Assembly: GCF_004010195.1 (NCBI RefSeq)
Contig: NC_057719.1
Coordinates: 51,258,518-51,322,517, forward strand
Direction: 5' to 3'
DNA length: 64,000 nt
Source: Chiloscyllium plagiosum
Taxonomy: Eukaryota
Shown: positions 24,492 through 36,655 of the stretch, in pieces
How positions within the stretch are numbered: the stretch's first letter is position 1
Layout of the letters: each line of letters begins with the position of its first letter
Position numbers and translations under genes: made by a program
The notes under the pieces: model-generated
Seen by the model: the letters and a program-made list of their open reading frames with translations, nothing else
Database searches by the model: none
Told to the model about the DNA's origin: nothing

Positions 24492-25431
24492 ACAAAATCT
24501 CAAAGCAATGCCACTGCATAAGAAGGAGGTGACTGTATAAATTAGAAGTAAACATTTCTAATTTACATACAATAACTTAATTTTCTGAGATGAATACAAG
24601 CTAAGTTGATTAAATATGTAAACTATAATTCAGTGCTGTTCAGTGCAACCACAATCAGAAGTTTTATTGCCTCCCTGCTAATGGGTTGAAGAATGAAAAT
24701 TTGCAGCTGAAGCAGTTTGCATGTGAGGGCTAACTGTCCAGTTGGCATGGTTTACATAAGAACCACCACCATGGGTAGAATAGGAATTAGGTACTGATTG
24801 ATAAATTTGAGTTGCTAGTTTGAAATATAAATACAAACTACAGACAATTCCAGAATTGTTACCTATCCATATGAAAAAGAACAGAGGGATGATTAAATGC
24901 ATATCTGGATAATGGTGTCAGAGGCAGGATGTTAATGCATGGGACATTACCACCAGTACTAGGGAAACAGCGGGTGAACTGCACTATTGGAACGGGATCA
25001 AATAACTTGCTCAGCAGTGTTTCCCAAGTTTTTTCCAATGTGACTTGAATTCAAGGCTTTAAAATTGTTGTGACCTCTTGGTGAAAACTGGGCTGGGTCG
25101 AGGTGCCTCTTAGAGCAGGAGTACAGCTGCTATACCTGTCAGAGTTCTGTTGTGGTCTCAAAATATCAGCTCATGACTTCACTTAGGGTCCTAACTGCCA
25201 ATTTAGGAATACCTGTCTTAAATGGTGAAAAGTTCTCAGATTTCCTGCTAGGGTCGCTCAGTGCCTCAGTGGTTAGCACTGCTGCCTCACTGCCTCAATC
25301 CCAGCAAAACATTTGCTTGGAAACCCGATGGACAGTCTTCCCATCCCACAGCCAACCGAAGCCTTTAAATTCTGAACTAAGAGTGGATCACATTCTTTTC
25401 TCATTGCATCTCATTCTTAATGGGATGACTG

Positions 25432-25551
25432 AGGGGGACCCTTTGTGGAGCAGTGGTAGTGTCCCTACCTCTGAATTAGGAAGTTGTGATCAAGTCCCGT
25501 TTGCTCTGGAGATGTGTGGTAACATCTCTGAACAGGTTGATGAGAAAATAC
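25432..25551 (+). mobile_element. Short tRNA-derived SINE
   Basis: A-box-like tggagcagtggta and B-box-like gatcaagtccc; homologous to the antisense copies at 11329-11443 and 28492-28607. Confidence 0.7.
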
Positions 25552-26737
25552 ATGAAAGAAGACTATACTATTAATTTAGAGAAGTACAACTGATAGAAAA
25601 TCTCTGACTTTGCATTTTTAATTAAAGAATTCAGAATACAAAGAGTAAATCTCCACTTTGGGAGGGGCACAGGCAGTTGCATGACAACGTATAAGTCACA
25701 CAATTTGATTACCAATTTCATTGAAGTCATTAGAAAGAAATTGAATGAGGCACCTTATGGACAGACAAGCCTCTATTGCTGATTTTGCATCTTTGTCAAA
25801 GTTGAGTTTTACCTACCTCGCAAAGTTCACAAAATTAATTCTGTTTGTGAAAGAGTAGAAGTCTGAAAAAGCAATGCATTATCATAAAAAAAATGGGAGG
25901 TTAATTCTCTGTAGGAATAATAAAAATCATAAATGCATTTGCTCACATAGAGAGTAAGATGGACATGCAGTAGTATCTGACATAGACAGCTTTATTCACA
26001 CTTTAATATTTTAGGTCTGTATTTAATTGCCAGACAGTTGCTGAGTATTATTGATGGCACATATAAATCAAGTCAAAAATCAGCAGTAACTTGTAGATTT
26101 TAAAATTTAGTGTCATGACCCCTGTTTTTCATGAGAGAATACAAAGGTCCTGGTTTCTGCTTTTGCCTCTATTGCGTGTGGTTCCTAGATATCAGTTTCC
26201 ATCTTGCTCTATTCCAGAGGCTGCCTGCCTTCTCTTCTCTTTCATCTTGAAAATGATCCTCAGTCCTTTTATGATAGTTACAACAGTGGCATGTATCCGA
26301 TAATGTGGAAAATTGCCCAGGTATGTCCTGTGCAGAAGAAGCAGGACAAATCCAACCCAGTCAATTACTGCCCTATCAGTCTACTCTCAATCATCAGCAC
26401 TGCTACAAAGCAGAACTTGCAAATGAATATCCTTGTCAATGATGTTCATTCTGGATTCTTCCAGTTCTGTTCTGGTACTGACCTCACTGTGCACAAGGAA
26501 ATAGCAGCAAAATTAGACTATTCAGCCCCTTAACTTTGCTTAACCAGTCTTAGTCCAAATGTGGACAAAAGAGATGAACTCTAGAGGTGAGGTGAGAGTG
26601 ACATAAACCGATAACATATGACTGAATATGCCATTAAGTAGCCCTAGCAAAATTAGAAACAATGAAAATCAGGGGAAAACTCTCTGCTGATTGTAGTCAG
26701 ACCTAATGCAAAAGAAGGTTGTGTTTGTTGGAAGTCA

Positions 26738-28432
26738 AAAGGGGTAAAAACAATGACTGCAGATGCTGGAAACCAGATTCTGGATCAGTGGTGCTGGAAG
26801 AGCACAGCAATTCAGGCAGCATCCGAGGACAGGCAAAATCGACGTTTCGGGCAAAAGCCCTTCANNNNNNNNNNNNNNNNNNNNNNNNNNNNNNNNNNNN
26901 NNNNNNNNNNNNNNNNNNNNNNNNNNNNNNNNNNNNNNNNNNNNNNNNNNNNNNNNNNNNNNNNNNNNNNNNNNNNNNNNNNNNNNNNNNNNNNNNNNNN
27001 NNNNNNNNNNNNNNNNNNNNNNNNNNNNNNNNNNNNNNNNNNNNNNNNNNNNNNNNNNNNNNNNNNNNNNNNNNNNNNNNNNNNNNNNNNNNNNNNNNNN
27101 NNNNNNNNNNNNNNNNNNNNNNNNNNNNNNNNNNNNNNNNNNNNNNNNNNNCCAGTCTCCCCAATGTAGAGGAGGCCGCATCGGGAGCAACGGATACAAT
27201 AGATGATGTTAGTGGATGTGCAGGTAAAACTTTGATGGTTGTGGAAGGCTCCTTTAGGGCCTTGGATAGGGGTGAAGAGAAGGTGTGGGCACATGTTTTA
27301 CAGTTCCTGCGGTGGCAGGGGAATGTGCCAGGATGGGAGGGTGGGTCGTAATGTGGCGTGGACCTGACCAGGTAGTCAAGGAGGGAACGTTCTTTGCGGA
27401 AGGCGGAGAGGGGTGGGGAGGGAAATATATCCCTGGTGGTGGGGTCTGTTTGGGGGTGGGGGGAATGTCGGCGGATGATTTGGTTTATGGGAAGGTTGGT
27501 AGGGTGGAAGGTGGGCACCAGGGGCGTTCTGTCCTTGTTGCGGTTGGAGGGGTTGGGTCTGAGGGCGGAGGTGCGGGATGTGGACGAGATGCGTTGGTGG
27601 GCATCTTTAACCACGTGGGAAGGGAAACTGCTGTCTCTGAAGAAGGAGGCCATCTGGTGTGTTCTATGGTGGAACTGCTCCTCCTGGGAGCAGATACGGC
27701 GGAGGCGGAGGGATTGGGAATACGGGATGGCATTTTTGCAAGAGGTAGGGTGGGAAGAGGTGTAATCCAGGTAGCTGTGGGTCGGTGGGTTTGTAGAAAA
27801 TGTCAGTGTCAAGTCTGTCGTCACTGATGGAGATGGAGAGGTCCAGGAAGGGGAGCCAGGTGTCGGAGATGGTCCAGGTAAATTTAAGGTCAGGGTGGAA
27901 TGTGTTGGTGAAGTTGATGAATTGCTCAACCTCCTCGCGGGAGCACGAGGTGGCGCCAATGCAGTCATCAATGTAGCGGAGGAAGAGGTGGGGAGTGGTG
28001 CCGGTGTAATTATGGAAGATCAACTGTTCTACGTAGCCAACCAAGAGACAGGCATAGCTGGGGCCCATACGTGTGCCCATGGCTACCCGTTTGGTCTGGA
28101 GGAAGTGGGAGGATTCAAAGGAGAAATTGTTAAGGGTGAGGACCAGTTCGGCCAAACGAATGAGAGTGTCGGTGGAGGGGTACTGTTGGGAACGTCTGGA
28201 GAGGAAAAAACGGAGGGCTTGGAGGCCCTGGTCATGGCGGATGGAGGTGTAGAGGGATTGGATATCCATGGTAAAGATGGGGCGTTGGGGGCCGGGGAAA
28301 CGGAAGTCTTGGAGGAGGTGGAGGGCGTGGGTGGTGTCCCTGGACTAGGGGGGATAGGACAGTGTCGAGGTAGGTAGAGATGAGTTCAGTGGGGCAGGAG
28401 CTGTGCTCTTCCAGCACCACTGATCCAGAATC
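26738..28432 (-). mobile_element. 5'-truncated PLE (RT plus GIY-YIG, frameshifted) with a 34-bp inverted 5' segment and perfect 14-bp TSD
   Basis: MDIQSLYTSI, QTKRVAMGTRMGPSYA, FLRYIDDC, then CTSTNIIYCIRCSRCGLLYIGET (GIY-YIG). 28400-28433 is the exact reverse complement of 26775-26808. TSD tttgttggaagtca at 26724-26737 and 28433-28446. Confidence 0.95.
26838..26864 (-). ncRNA. Minimal hammerhead ribozyme motif; visible part intact, first core bases in the assembly gap
   Basis: The minus strand reads [NNNN]TGA-A-GGGC-TTTT-GCCC-GAAA-CGTC-gat. Confidence 0.7.
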
Positions 28433-28491
28433 TTTGTTGGAAGTCAGTCATCTGAGATTCAGGATATAACTGCAGAAGTTCATCAGGGTAG

Positions 28492-28607
28492 ATATTTTCT
28501 CGTCAACTGTGCAGAGATATTATTATACACCAGTGAAGCAGGTGGGACTTGAACCTGGGTCTCCTGGCTCAGAGTAGAGACACTAACACTGCATCACAGA
28601 GCCCACA
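28492..28607 (-). mobile_element. Short tRNA-derived SINE with 16-bp TSD
   Basis: The minus strand has B-box ggttcaagtccc; flanks are aagttcatcagggtag (28476-28491) and aagttcctcagggtag (28608-28623). Confidence 0.8.
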
Positions 28608-30810
28608 AAGTTCCTCAGGGTAGTGCTCTGGCTGAAGTAATTTCAGCTGTTTCATCAATGATCTCCCCTCTATTATATGGTCATGAGTGGAGATATTCAC
28701 TGATGATTGCATAACATTCACAATATGCAGCAAGACCTGGACAACTTCCAGACTAAGGCTGATAAGTGGCATATAGCATTCATGCCACACAAGTGCTGAA
28801 CAATGACTACCTCCAAGAAGACAGATTCTAACCATTGCCCCTTAACAGTCAATGACATGACTGTTGCTGAATCCCCCATTATCAACAGCCAGGGGATTAC
28901 CATTGACCAGCAACTGAACTGGATCTGTCATATACATAATGTGGTGACAAGAGCCAGGTCAGAGGCTAAGACATCTGTGGCGAGTAACTCACCTCCAGTC
29001 TCCCCACTGCCTGTCTACCATCTACAAGGCACAAGTCAGGAGTGTGAAAGGTGCAGCTCCAACGTCACTCAAGAAGCTTGACACCATGCAGGACAAAGTA
29101 TCTTCTCCAGGATAATGGGCAATAAATGTTGGCCTAATCAGAGACATTCACATTCCTAGAATAAATAAAAGAAAATTCACAAAATAATTGTCTGTCTAGC
29201 TGCAAGTTCAGAAACACTTTAACAGAAATGTTCTATTTATTAGAAAATCAAATATAATAAATATTTAGGGCCATTGTGATGCATAGAATCAGCACATTGG
29301 AATTTTGGGTTCAAATGCAGACTAGGATAACAGATTAAAGTGCTTTTCTCCTGAATGCAAAGCCCCTCTGTGCATTTAACTTGAGCAATCTCAGTAAAGG
29401 TGGTCATGCAACTAGGACCATGAAACATGACATATAATAAGGTACCAATTTAGTGATCTCACTCAGGAGAGGTTAAGTGGATCATTATGGGGAGACTGAA
29501 TAGTGTTATTAAGGTACTTTGAGTGAAGGGATTATACTCTACGTGTGTATTATCTGATCATGTCATCAGAATGGATATGGTGACGAAAATGGTAGAAATG
29601 TTTGATTTATCAACAATAATACCTCCTATAACAAGAACATAAAACAAGTTAAGGACATAGATTTGACACAGAAGTTCTTTTAAAAACTGGGCTAATATTT
29701 AGTCCTGAATGAATGGAAATTAAGGCATTTTATATTAGAATATAATTCATTATCAGAGCTTTATATAAGCTGTTCTGAAAATGATTCGTTGGCTTTGTAT
29801 TTCAGAAGAACAACATCCACAGGTTTTATAACGATATGCATGGTTCATGCCTATATACAAACAAAAGGAGTTGTAAAAATTTAAAACCACCAGATCGACA
29901 GCTATCTGCCATAGTTCATCCAGGGTTAGGATGTAAATCAATCCAAATGTACTTAACTGACTTCTAATGTGTTGCTTTGGCCAATCTTGAAAACATATGT
30001 GAAATGGTTGCGGTATTAAAAAGACAAACCTTTTGGAAGATCCAAATGTAATATGCAATTTTGCTCCTAATCTAAATTTAGCTGAAAGTCATAAACCAGA
30101 AACTTGCAGGTTTACCACTCAAAAAACTAACGAGAATATTAGACACAATTTTCATAGTGCTGTATGTCTCATATCTATTTGCACTGAAGGTGTGATGTGT
30201 ATTGGCTGACTCACAGCAGTAATGTTGCAGGATGAATTGGGGCAAGGTGGCCTGTGTGGAGAAATTCCAGTAGAGGAGGCATGTACTGTATTGATGAAGT
30301 GGTGATGGAAGAACATCAGTGCATTCTTATTCCTATTTCCTGCAACAACTGCTGCTTCTCTGCCTCCTACTCTTCATAACCAAGCACTTCCTTTCTCCTG
30401 CAGATTTCTATGAGTTGGAGTAGCAAATATCACTCACCGCTCTGGTTGAAATCTTCAGACAGTTTATTCAATAAAAATTGCTCTAGTATTAAAATACTGA
30501 CAGTGTTCTAGAATGGGTTTCAATGAGATCTTCTTCACAGTAATCAACATGAAATGGTGAATATCCCTTTAAGTAGTTCTTGAAATCAACATCAATGCTA
30601 TGTTTACTCCCAATAGTAATTGAGGCAAAATGGTGTGTTACCTCTTTAATGATCACTACAGACCTTTTAAGGAGGCCTCAGTTGCCGAACCAATCTTCTG
30701 GTGACAATTGTGAGCACTGGCTTCAATTCCTTTACCAACATCATTGCAGCGTAAGAATCCTATCTTGGCTTAAGAATCTTATGTTTAAATTTCTGTACAT
30801 TTTGTTGTGC

Positions 30811-31140
30811 AAGTGTGGAAACAGACCATTTGGCCTATCAGGCCAAGCCCCTGAAGAGCATCCCAATCAGGTCCACCCCCCTCCGACAGTATAACCCTGC
30901 ATTTCCCATGGCTAATCCACCCAGCCTGTACATCCCTGGATAGCATGGGCAATTGACCATGACCAACCCATCTAGGCTGCACACCTTTGGACTATGGGAG
31001 GAAACCTGACCACCCGGAGAAAATCCATGCCGACATGGGGAGAATGCGTAAACTCCATACAGTCACCCGAAGATGGAATTGAACATAGATTCCTAGCGCT
31101 GTGAGGCAGCAGTTCTAACCACTGAGCAATTGTGCTGCCC
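30811..31140 (-). mobile_element. HE1-type V-SINE
   Basis: Reverse complement of the tRNA-like head, V-domain and CR1-like tail seen in the other HE1 copies. Confidence 0.85.
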
Positions 31141-33254
31141 ATTTCGGAGAGGAGATTCCATTCAGGGCTCCTTCAGAAATGTGGAGCCAGACTTCCATTC
31201 TGACAGATACCTTGTCATGCTGAACTGTTGGGTGAAGGCAAACCAAGGCCCCTTTTCTCAGTAATCAGTTAGTATATACAGAAATGTTAAGGTTTAGAAT
31301 TACAGTCATTTTGACAGCTGCTGTCAAACAATAAGTAAGAGTGCGGTTTGGGTGTAGCTGGATACAATGATGTGGGTATCTAGGGTATTAATTTGCTGGT
31401 TGCCAGGTAGGATGTCAGGGTGCAAAAGGCCCAGGTAAGTGATGCAGTGATGAGGGTAGTTTGAGGTAGGTGGGAGAGTTTGGGTCTGGTGGGGAGCAGC
31501 CAGACATTGGTGTTGGATTCTGGGGGCTATTCAGGTACAGCTTAAGGGGGTGGATCAGATCCTGGGGGTGAGGACACCGAAGGCAGCTTAAGTTTGGAGC
31601 AGGGGAAGTTTCCGGATCCTGGGAGGAAAAGGCAGATTGAGTATGGAGCAGGGAAAGAAGGGCAAGGGACATGCCTAAGTTGGTGGAGGTAGATTGGGCC
31701 TGGGTAAGGGGAAAGGCATGGGAAGGAGGGAGTTGGTCCAGAGAGGGGCAAGTGGTGAGCAGGTCCAGAACGGGTGAACAGGGATCAAATCCCAAGGGTA
31801 AAATGAGGCTGGTATGCAAGGGGAAATTGGGGACAGGTCCTGGAGGTGAATGGGATCAGGTCAGGAGTGGAAGAAGGGAGTGGTGCAGGGTTGGCATGAC
31901 ATGTGGAATGTGGAAATGATCTGGGAGAGCTATAACTGGGAGGTGGGGATGTGAGGTAAATATGTGATCAGAAGAATTACACTGGACTTAAATTATGTAT
32001 TTAACAGTCTTAACTTTCCTGGGAAAGAACTTATTTGAATTCATCAGAATCTTCTGAATTCTCTAAGTTGAGTGGAGGGTTGCTTTCAGAGGGTTCCAGA
32101 CGTAGGGGAATTGCCAACAAAATCTTCAGTTTCCTGGATAACTCCTTTGGGGTCTGATACGATGAGGATTTTGCAGAGATCCCAATTGCAACTTGCATCT
32201 ACACTGGAATAATGTAGGTTATTTCACTCAGATGAGTGAAAAATCCAGATCTTTTTTAAACCTGAATTTCTTTCCTGTAGCAGACTGTCAATGGAAATTG
32301 AATGCTGTGCTGGCTGTTCAATTATTGTCGTGTGTCAGTTCACATTCTTGGTTGCAGTAGCAAGTCTATCTACTTTTTACTTACTGTGTGAAATATAAGG
32401 CAGTTTGTGGTTCTATAAATCACACACTGAGTCATTAGTTTCTCATTCACAGTCAACTCCAAACTTAAAATATACAACAGCCGCCTCAAGACCACTCCAC
32501 TGCAAACAGAGCTTCCCTTGATGTACAGTAACTAGCCAGACATTTTGACCAGACTTACATCCTTTCTGTAACACAATCCATTTTCCAGATGAACATCTGC
32601 AGTATAATAAAGTTCATGGTGAGGAAGAGTGGGTTTAGGTTGGCAGCTGTTTCTGTAAAGTGTGTGCGAAGTTTTTCTAAAGCCTTTTTGTCAGAAAAAA
32701 ACTTGATATTATTAGATGGCTCTGTATACAATTTGTACATACGCTGCTTAAATAATTGCCTTGTTGCAACAATTAAAATTATCTATTGCCTCCACTGATG
32801 ACTTTGAATCCTTTTCCTGGTGCATATTTCAATATCAAAGTTTTTTTCCCCTCCTTATTGGCACAAACTGATACTGAAGCTAAGCAAATGGGTTATTGTA
32901 TAGACAGTAGTCTCTGTCACTTTTTGTGGTTCTTTTCACATGATTAAAAAGATGTGGTTCTCATTTTCCCTCACTCATATCTTTTTTTTCAGTCCAAGTG
33001 TGGACGTGGGCCTACGAGGAGGGAATTCCACTCAGGGGCGATCAGACTTTCTCAAGCGATTATATTCCTCTTGGCTCATTATACATCTATGCATTGGTAA
33101 AATGCCAAATTTTCTGAGCAGCAGAGTGGGAAACTCTACTCCTCACCAGGACCTTGTAAGTTTCAACTTCTGGGCACTGTGTTCAAAAGACACCCAGACA
33201 ACATTTCATTCTCTGCAATACAGGAGCATTAATACAAGCTCTGCTTGTCACCCC

Positions 33255-33592
33255 AGTAGCTCAGTGGTTAGTACTGCTGCCTCACAGCACTCGGGACTCA
33301 GGTTCGATATCACACTCGAGCAGTTTGTCTGTGTGAAGTTTGCATGTTCTCCCTGTGTCTGCATGGATTTCCTCCGGGTGCTCCAGTTTCCTCCCACAGT
33401 CCAAAGATATGGAGGTTAGGTGGATTGGTCATGGTAACTCACCCATAGTGTCCAGGGATGTGTAGGTCAGGTGGATTTTCCATGGGAAATATAGGGTTAC
33501 AGGGATAGGGTGGATAGGTGGGATGCTCTTCAGAGGTTTGGTGTCGACTTGATGGGCTGAATGGCCTGCTTCCACACTGTAGGGATTCTATG
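33255..33592 (+). mobile_element. HE1-type V-SINE
   Basis: gtagctcagtggttagtactgctgcctcacagc head, V-domain, and tail gggctgaatggcctgcttccacactgtagggattctatga. Confidence 0.88.
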
Positions 33593-34229
33593 AAAAATAC
33601 CCCTGGAAATGTCAGGGACATGTATTGCCATGCTTTAGAGATACTTCCTTAGAGGTCTTCCTGAAGGATGTCAGAGATATGAAGTTGTTTTCTCTAGGGG
33701 CGAATACAGGGGGCCATCCTGACTGATGATGTCAGCCTCAATACAGATGGTGCTAGAGGTGAATTCCTATGATAGCTTGAGAGAACCTGTTCTCTGTGCT
33801 GCAAAAGGATGAATGATATGCTGTGCTTTACCATGGTACATATCACGGACTACTCATTGCTACACACCAATGTAAATGTGAATGAACATTGTAAGGTTAA
33901 CACTGTCACAGGACTGTCATCAGATGCCTCATGTGTAATCAATATATGGCGCAAAGTTGCAGCTACCAACATAACACTGCTTACACTGCAGTGGTATTGC
34001 CTCACAAACATTTGCTAGATTTCACACTTAAAAATAAAGGGAGCTACTTAGCAGCTCACACATTATTAGCTCACTGACCTTGTTTCACAACCAAGAGCGC
34101 ATATGCATCTTGATAGCTTTTCTCAAAAGGCTTACACAGGATAAGGATACGATCACAACCAGTGGCTACTGGATGAATACCTTCTTGGTATCACAGGGAC
34201 ACATATCATATCATGCTTTGTCAGTTTTC

Positions 34230-34860
34230 ACACTGAACTAACTTTCAGGGTCCGGCTTTCTCCATGGGATGGGTGGTGCCTGACCGTGGACAGCCAGGCT
34301 TAACAGAACAATCAGTATCTGCCTGCTATTTATAGGATCACTCAGTCTATCATTTGAGCCATGGATGCATTCATTGACTGTCTAGGCTAGAGAAGGCCAA
34401 CAGACCTTGACCCCGTCCCCACTCCAGGTATCCAATTCCCTCAGTGGGTAAAGATGGTGTTATTGTGCCTTTACAGAGAAGTGAGAGACATACATCCAGG
34501 CATCGTCATCTCAGGACATGCCAGAGATATCGAGACACACTATCTCCCCTCAGCTGGCCATCGGAAGATGAGGAGATTGTACCTGGACCACTGTAGGAGT
34601 CGCCCACCAGGCCTGAACTCTCTGGGTCTCTTGTAACACAGGACATCTGCCAAAGTCACCTGAGGCCAGCTGACAAGGCAGTCAGCAGGCTTCCTCAAGC
34701 TCAGCTGTGACTGCTGAGCGGCACCAAGATGTGTTGGTAAGAAAAGAATTAAACAACACTTGAGTCACTTTGGGCACAAGGGTGTCAACCTTCTGTACAA
34801 ACTGAAATTTGACACATGTATAGTACATTGTCTTGTGGTCTTTTACAACCTGTTAATGCT
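34230..34860 (+). pseudogene. Possible Harbinger (HARBI1-like) transposase relic, very decayed
   Basis: Fragments resembling LNF..SG..G (34230-34270), IG..KMR...LD (34555-34600) and IV.C...YNL (34820-34853) occur in the expected order. Confidence 0.4.
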
Positions 34861-35364
34861 TCTGACTATTTATGTTTCCTTTTCTGATTGCCTTGAGGGG
34901 TGCTGATTACTGTACTCATGCACATCATGTTCGGCACGGTATTGTGAACTGAGGCTGTCATTCTCTGCTGCCCTCTGGGAGGAACATAATTACAAATTGG
35001 GAATGCTAACTCGATGTTTGGGTTTTGAAGAGTAAATCAGCATAGTTTGGTCCCTCTATACTGCATTTTTAACAGTTGAATACCCCTCACAAATTGAGGT
35101 TTGGCTCATATAAATGCAGCCTCCATGAAATTATACCTAATTGCATACTTGTGCTCTGACCAGGAAACTGAAGAGGAGGTTATTGGTGCTAAGGGAACAA
35201 ATTAACTTATAATTACTGGCAATCCAAATATCTTAAAGTCTTAATGGTGTGAAACAAGCATTTCCTTGAGAGCAGGATTGCCTCTGTATCATAATTGTCT
35301 CATAGTTATGATTGCCCATGTGATAATTCAAACTCTTTGCATTATCACATGGACAATGAAGGAG

Positions 35365-35975
35365 GCATTTGGTATGCTTGCCTTTTTTGGTAAGGTGCAG
35401 TGAGTATAGGAATTGGGAGGTCATGTTATGGCTGTACAGGGCATTGGTTAGGCTACTTTTGGAATATTGTATGCAAGTCTGGTCTCCCTCTTATAGGAAA
35501 GGTATTGTGAAACCTGTAAGAGTTCAGAAAAGATTTACGAGGATGTTGCCCGGATTGGAGGGAGAGGCTGAATAGGCTGGAGTTATTTTCCCTGGAGCGT
35601 CAGAGACTGAGGGGTGACCTTATAGAGGCTTATAAAATGATGAGGGGCATGATTAGGGTGAATAACCAAGGTCCTTTCACTGGGGTGGGGGATTACAAAA
35701 CTAGAGGGTGTAGGTTTGGGATGAAAGAGGAACGATATAAAAGGGTCCTAAGGGGAACCTTTTCACGCAGAGGGTGGTGTGTATGTGAAATGAGCTGCCA
35801 GAGGAAGTGATGGAGGCTGGTACAATTACAACATTTAAAAGGCATCTGGATGGGTATATGAATAGGAAGGATTTAGAGGGATTTAGGCCAAATGCTTGCA
35901 AATAGGATATCTAGTCAGCATGGACAAGTTGGACCGGAGGGTCTGTTTTCATGCTGTTTATCTCTATGACTCTCT
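35365..35975 (+). mobile_element. CR1 LINE 3' portion
   Basis: EYRNWEVMLWLYRALVRLLLEYCMQVWSPSYRK...VQKRFTRMLPGL plus a 3' UTR with ctctatgactct tail. Confidence 0.9.
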
Positions 35976-36164
35976 GACGTGATAAATCTAGCTGGTATGA
36001 GATTCTCTCAGGTCTGTCTGCCACATCTCAGTACTTGCCCGGCTTCTTCAGCATCCTCATGATCAGTGTTGGATCCCTCAGCATCTCAGTCAGATTCGTT
36101 TTCTTCCTTATCTGAGGAGATAGCTGGTTGCTCTTTCTCATGTCATTGAGCTAAATTGCCCTGA

Positions 36165-36363
36165 TAAGTGTAGCTCCAGCAACACTCAAGAAGCTTGACA
36201 CCATTAGGACAAAGCAGACTGCTTGATTGGCACTACATCCATAAACATTCACTCCCTCCACCACCAACGCTCAGTAGCAGCAGTGTGTATTATCTGCAAG
36301 ATGCACTGAAGAAATTCACCAAAGATCCTCAGACAGCACCTTCTAAACCCACGAAGGTCAAGG

Positions 36364-36410
<47 letters not shown>

Positions 36411-36655
36411 GAACACCATCTCCTTCAAGCTCCCCTCCAAGTCAATCATCATCCTGACCTGGAAATGTATCACCATTGCTTCATTGTCAATGTATCAAAA
36501 TACAGGAATTCTCTCCCTAACGGCATTGTGGATCAACCCACACAGGTGGACTGCAGCAATTTATGAAGGCAGCTTATCACCACCTTCTCAAGGGCAAATA
36601 GGGATAGGTAACAAATGTTGCCAAGCAGTGATGCCCACATACAAGAAATTAATTT
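36165..36655 (+). mobile_element. L2/CR1-group LINE 3' end containing a (GT)n(AT)n microsatellite
   Basis: gctccagcaacactcaagaagcttgacacc is shared with 29055-29090 and 49165-49190; tail caccaccttctcaagggcaaataggg. Confidence 0.8.
36367..36408. repeat. Compound microsatellite (GT)7(AT)14
   Basis: Directly visible. Confidence 0.95.

Larger units (their letters stand above)
26190..29170 (+). mobile_element. L2/CR1-group LINE relic split by PLE and SINE insertions
   Basis: MWKIAQVCPVQKKQDKSNPVNYCPISLLSII, later decayed GVPQGSVLG- and FADD-like motifs, and a 3' tail gggcaataaatgttggcc. Homologous to 47090-49440. Confidence 0.8.

Noticed and set aside
31400..31950. G-rich tract with Pro-rich ORFs
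   Set aside because: Low-complexity composition explains the ORFs. It is probably the interior of an old repeat that I cannot classify.
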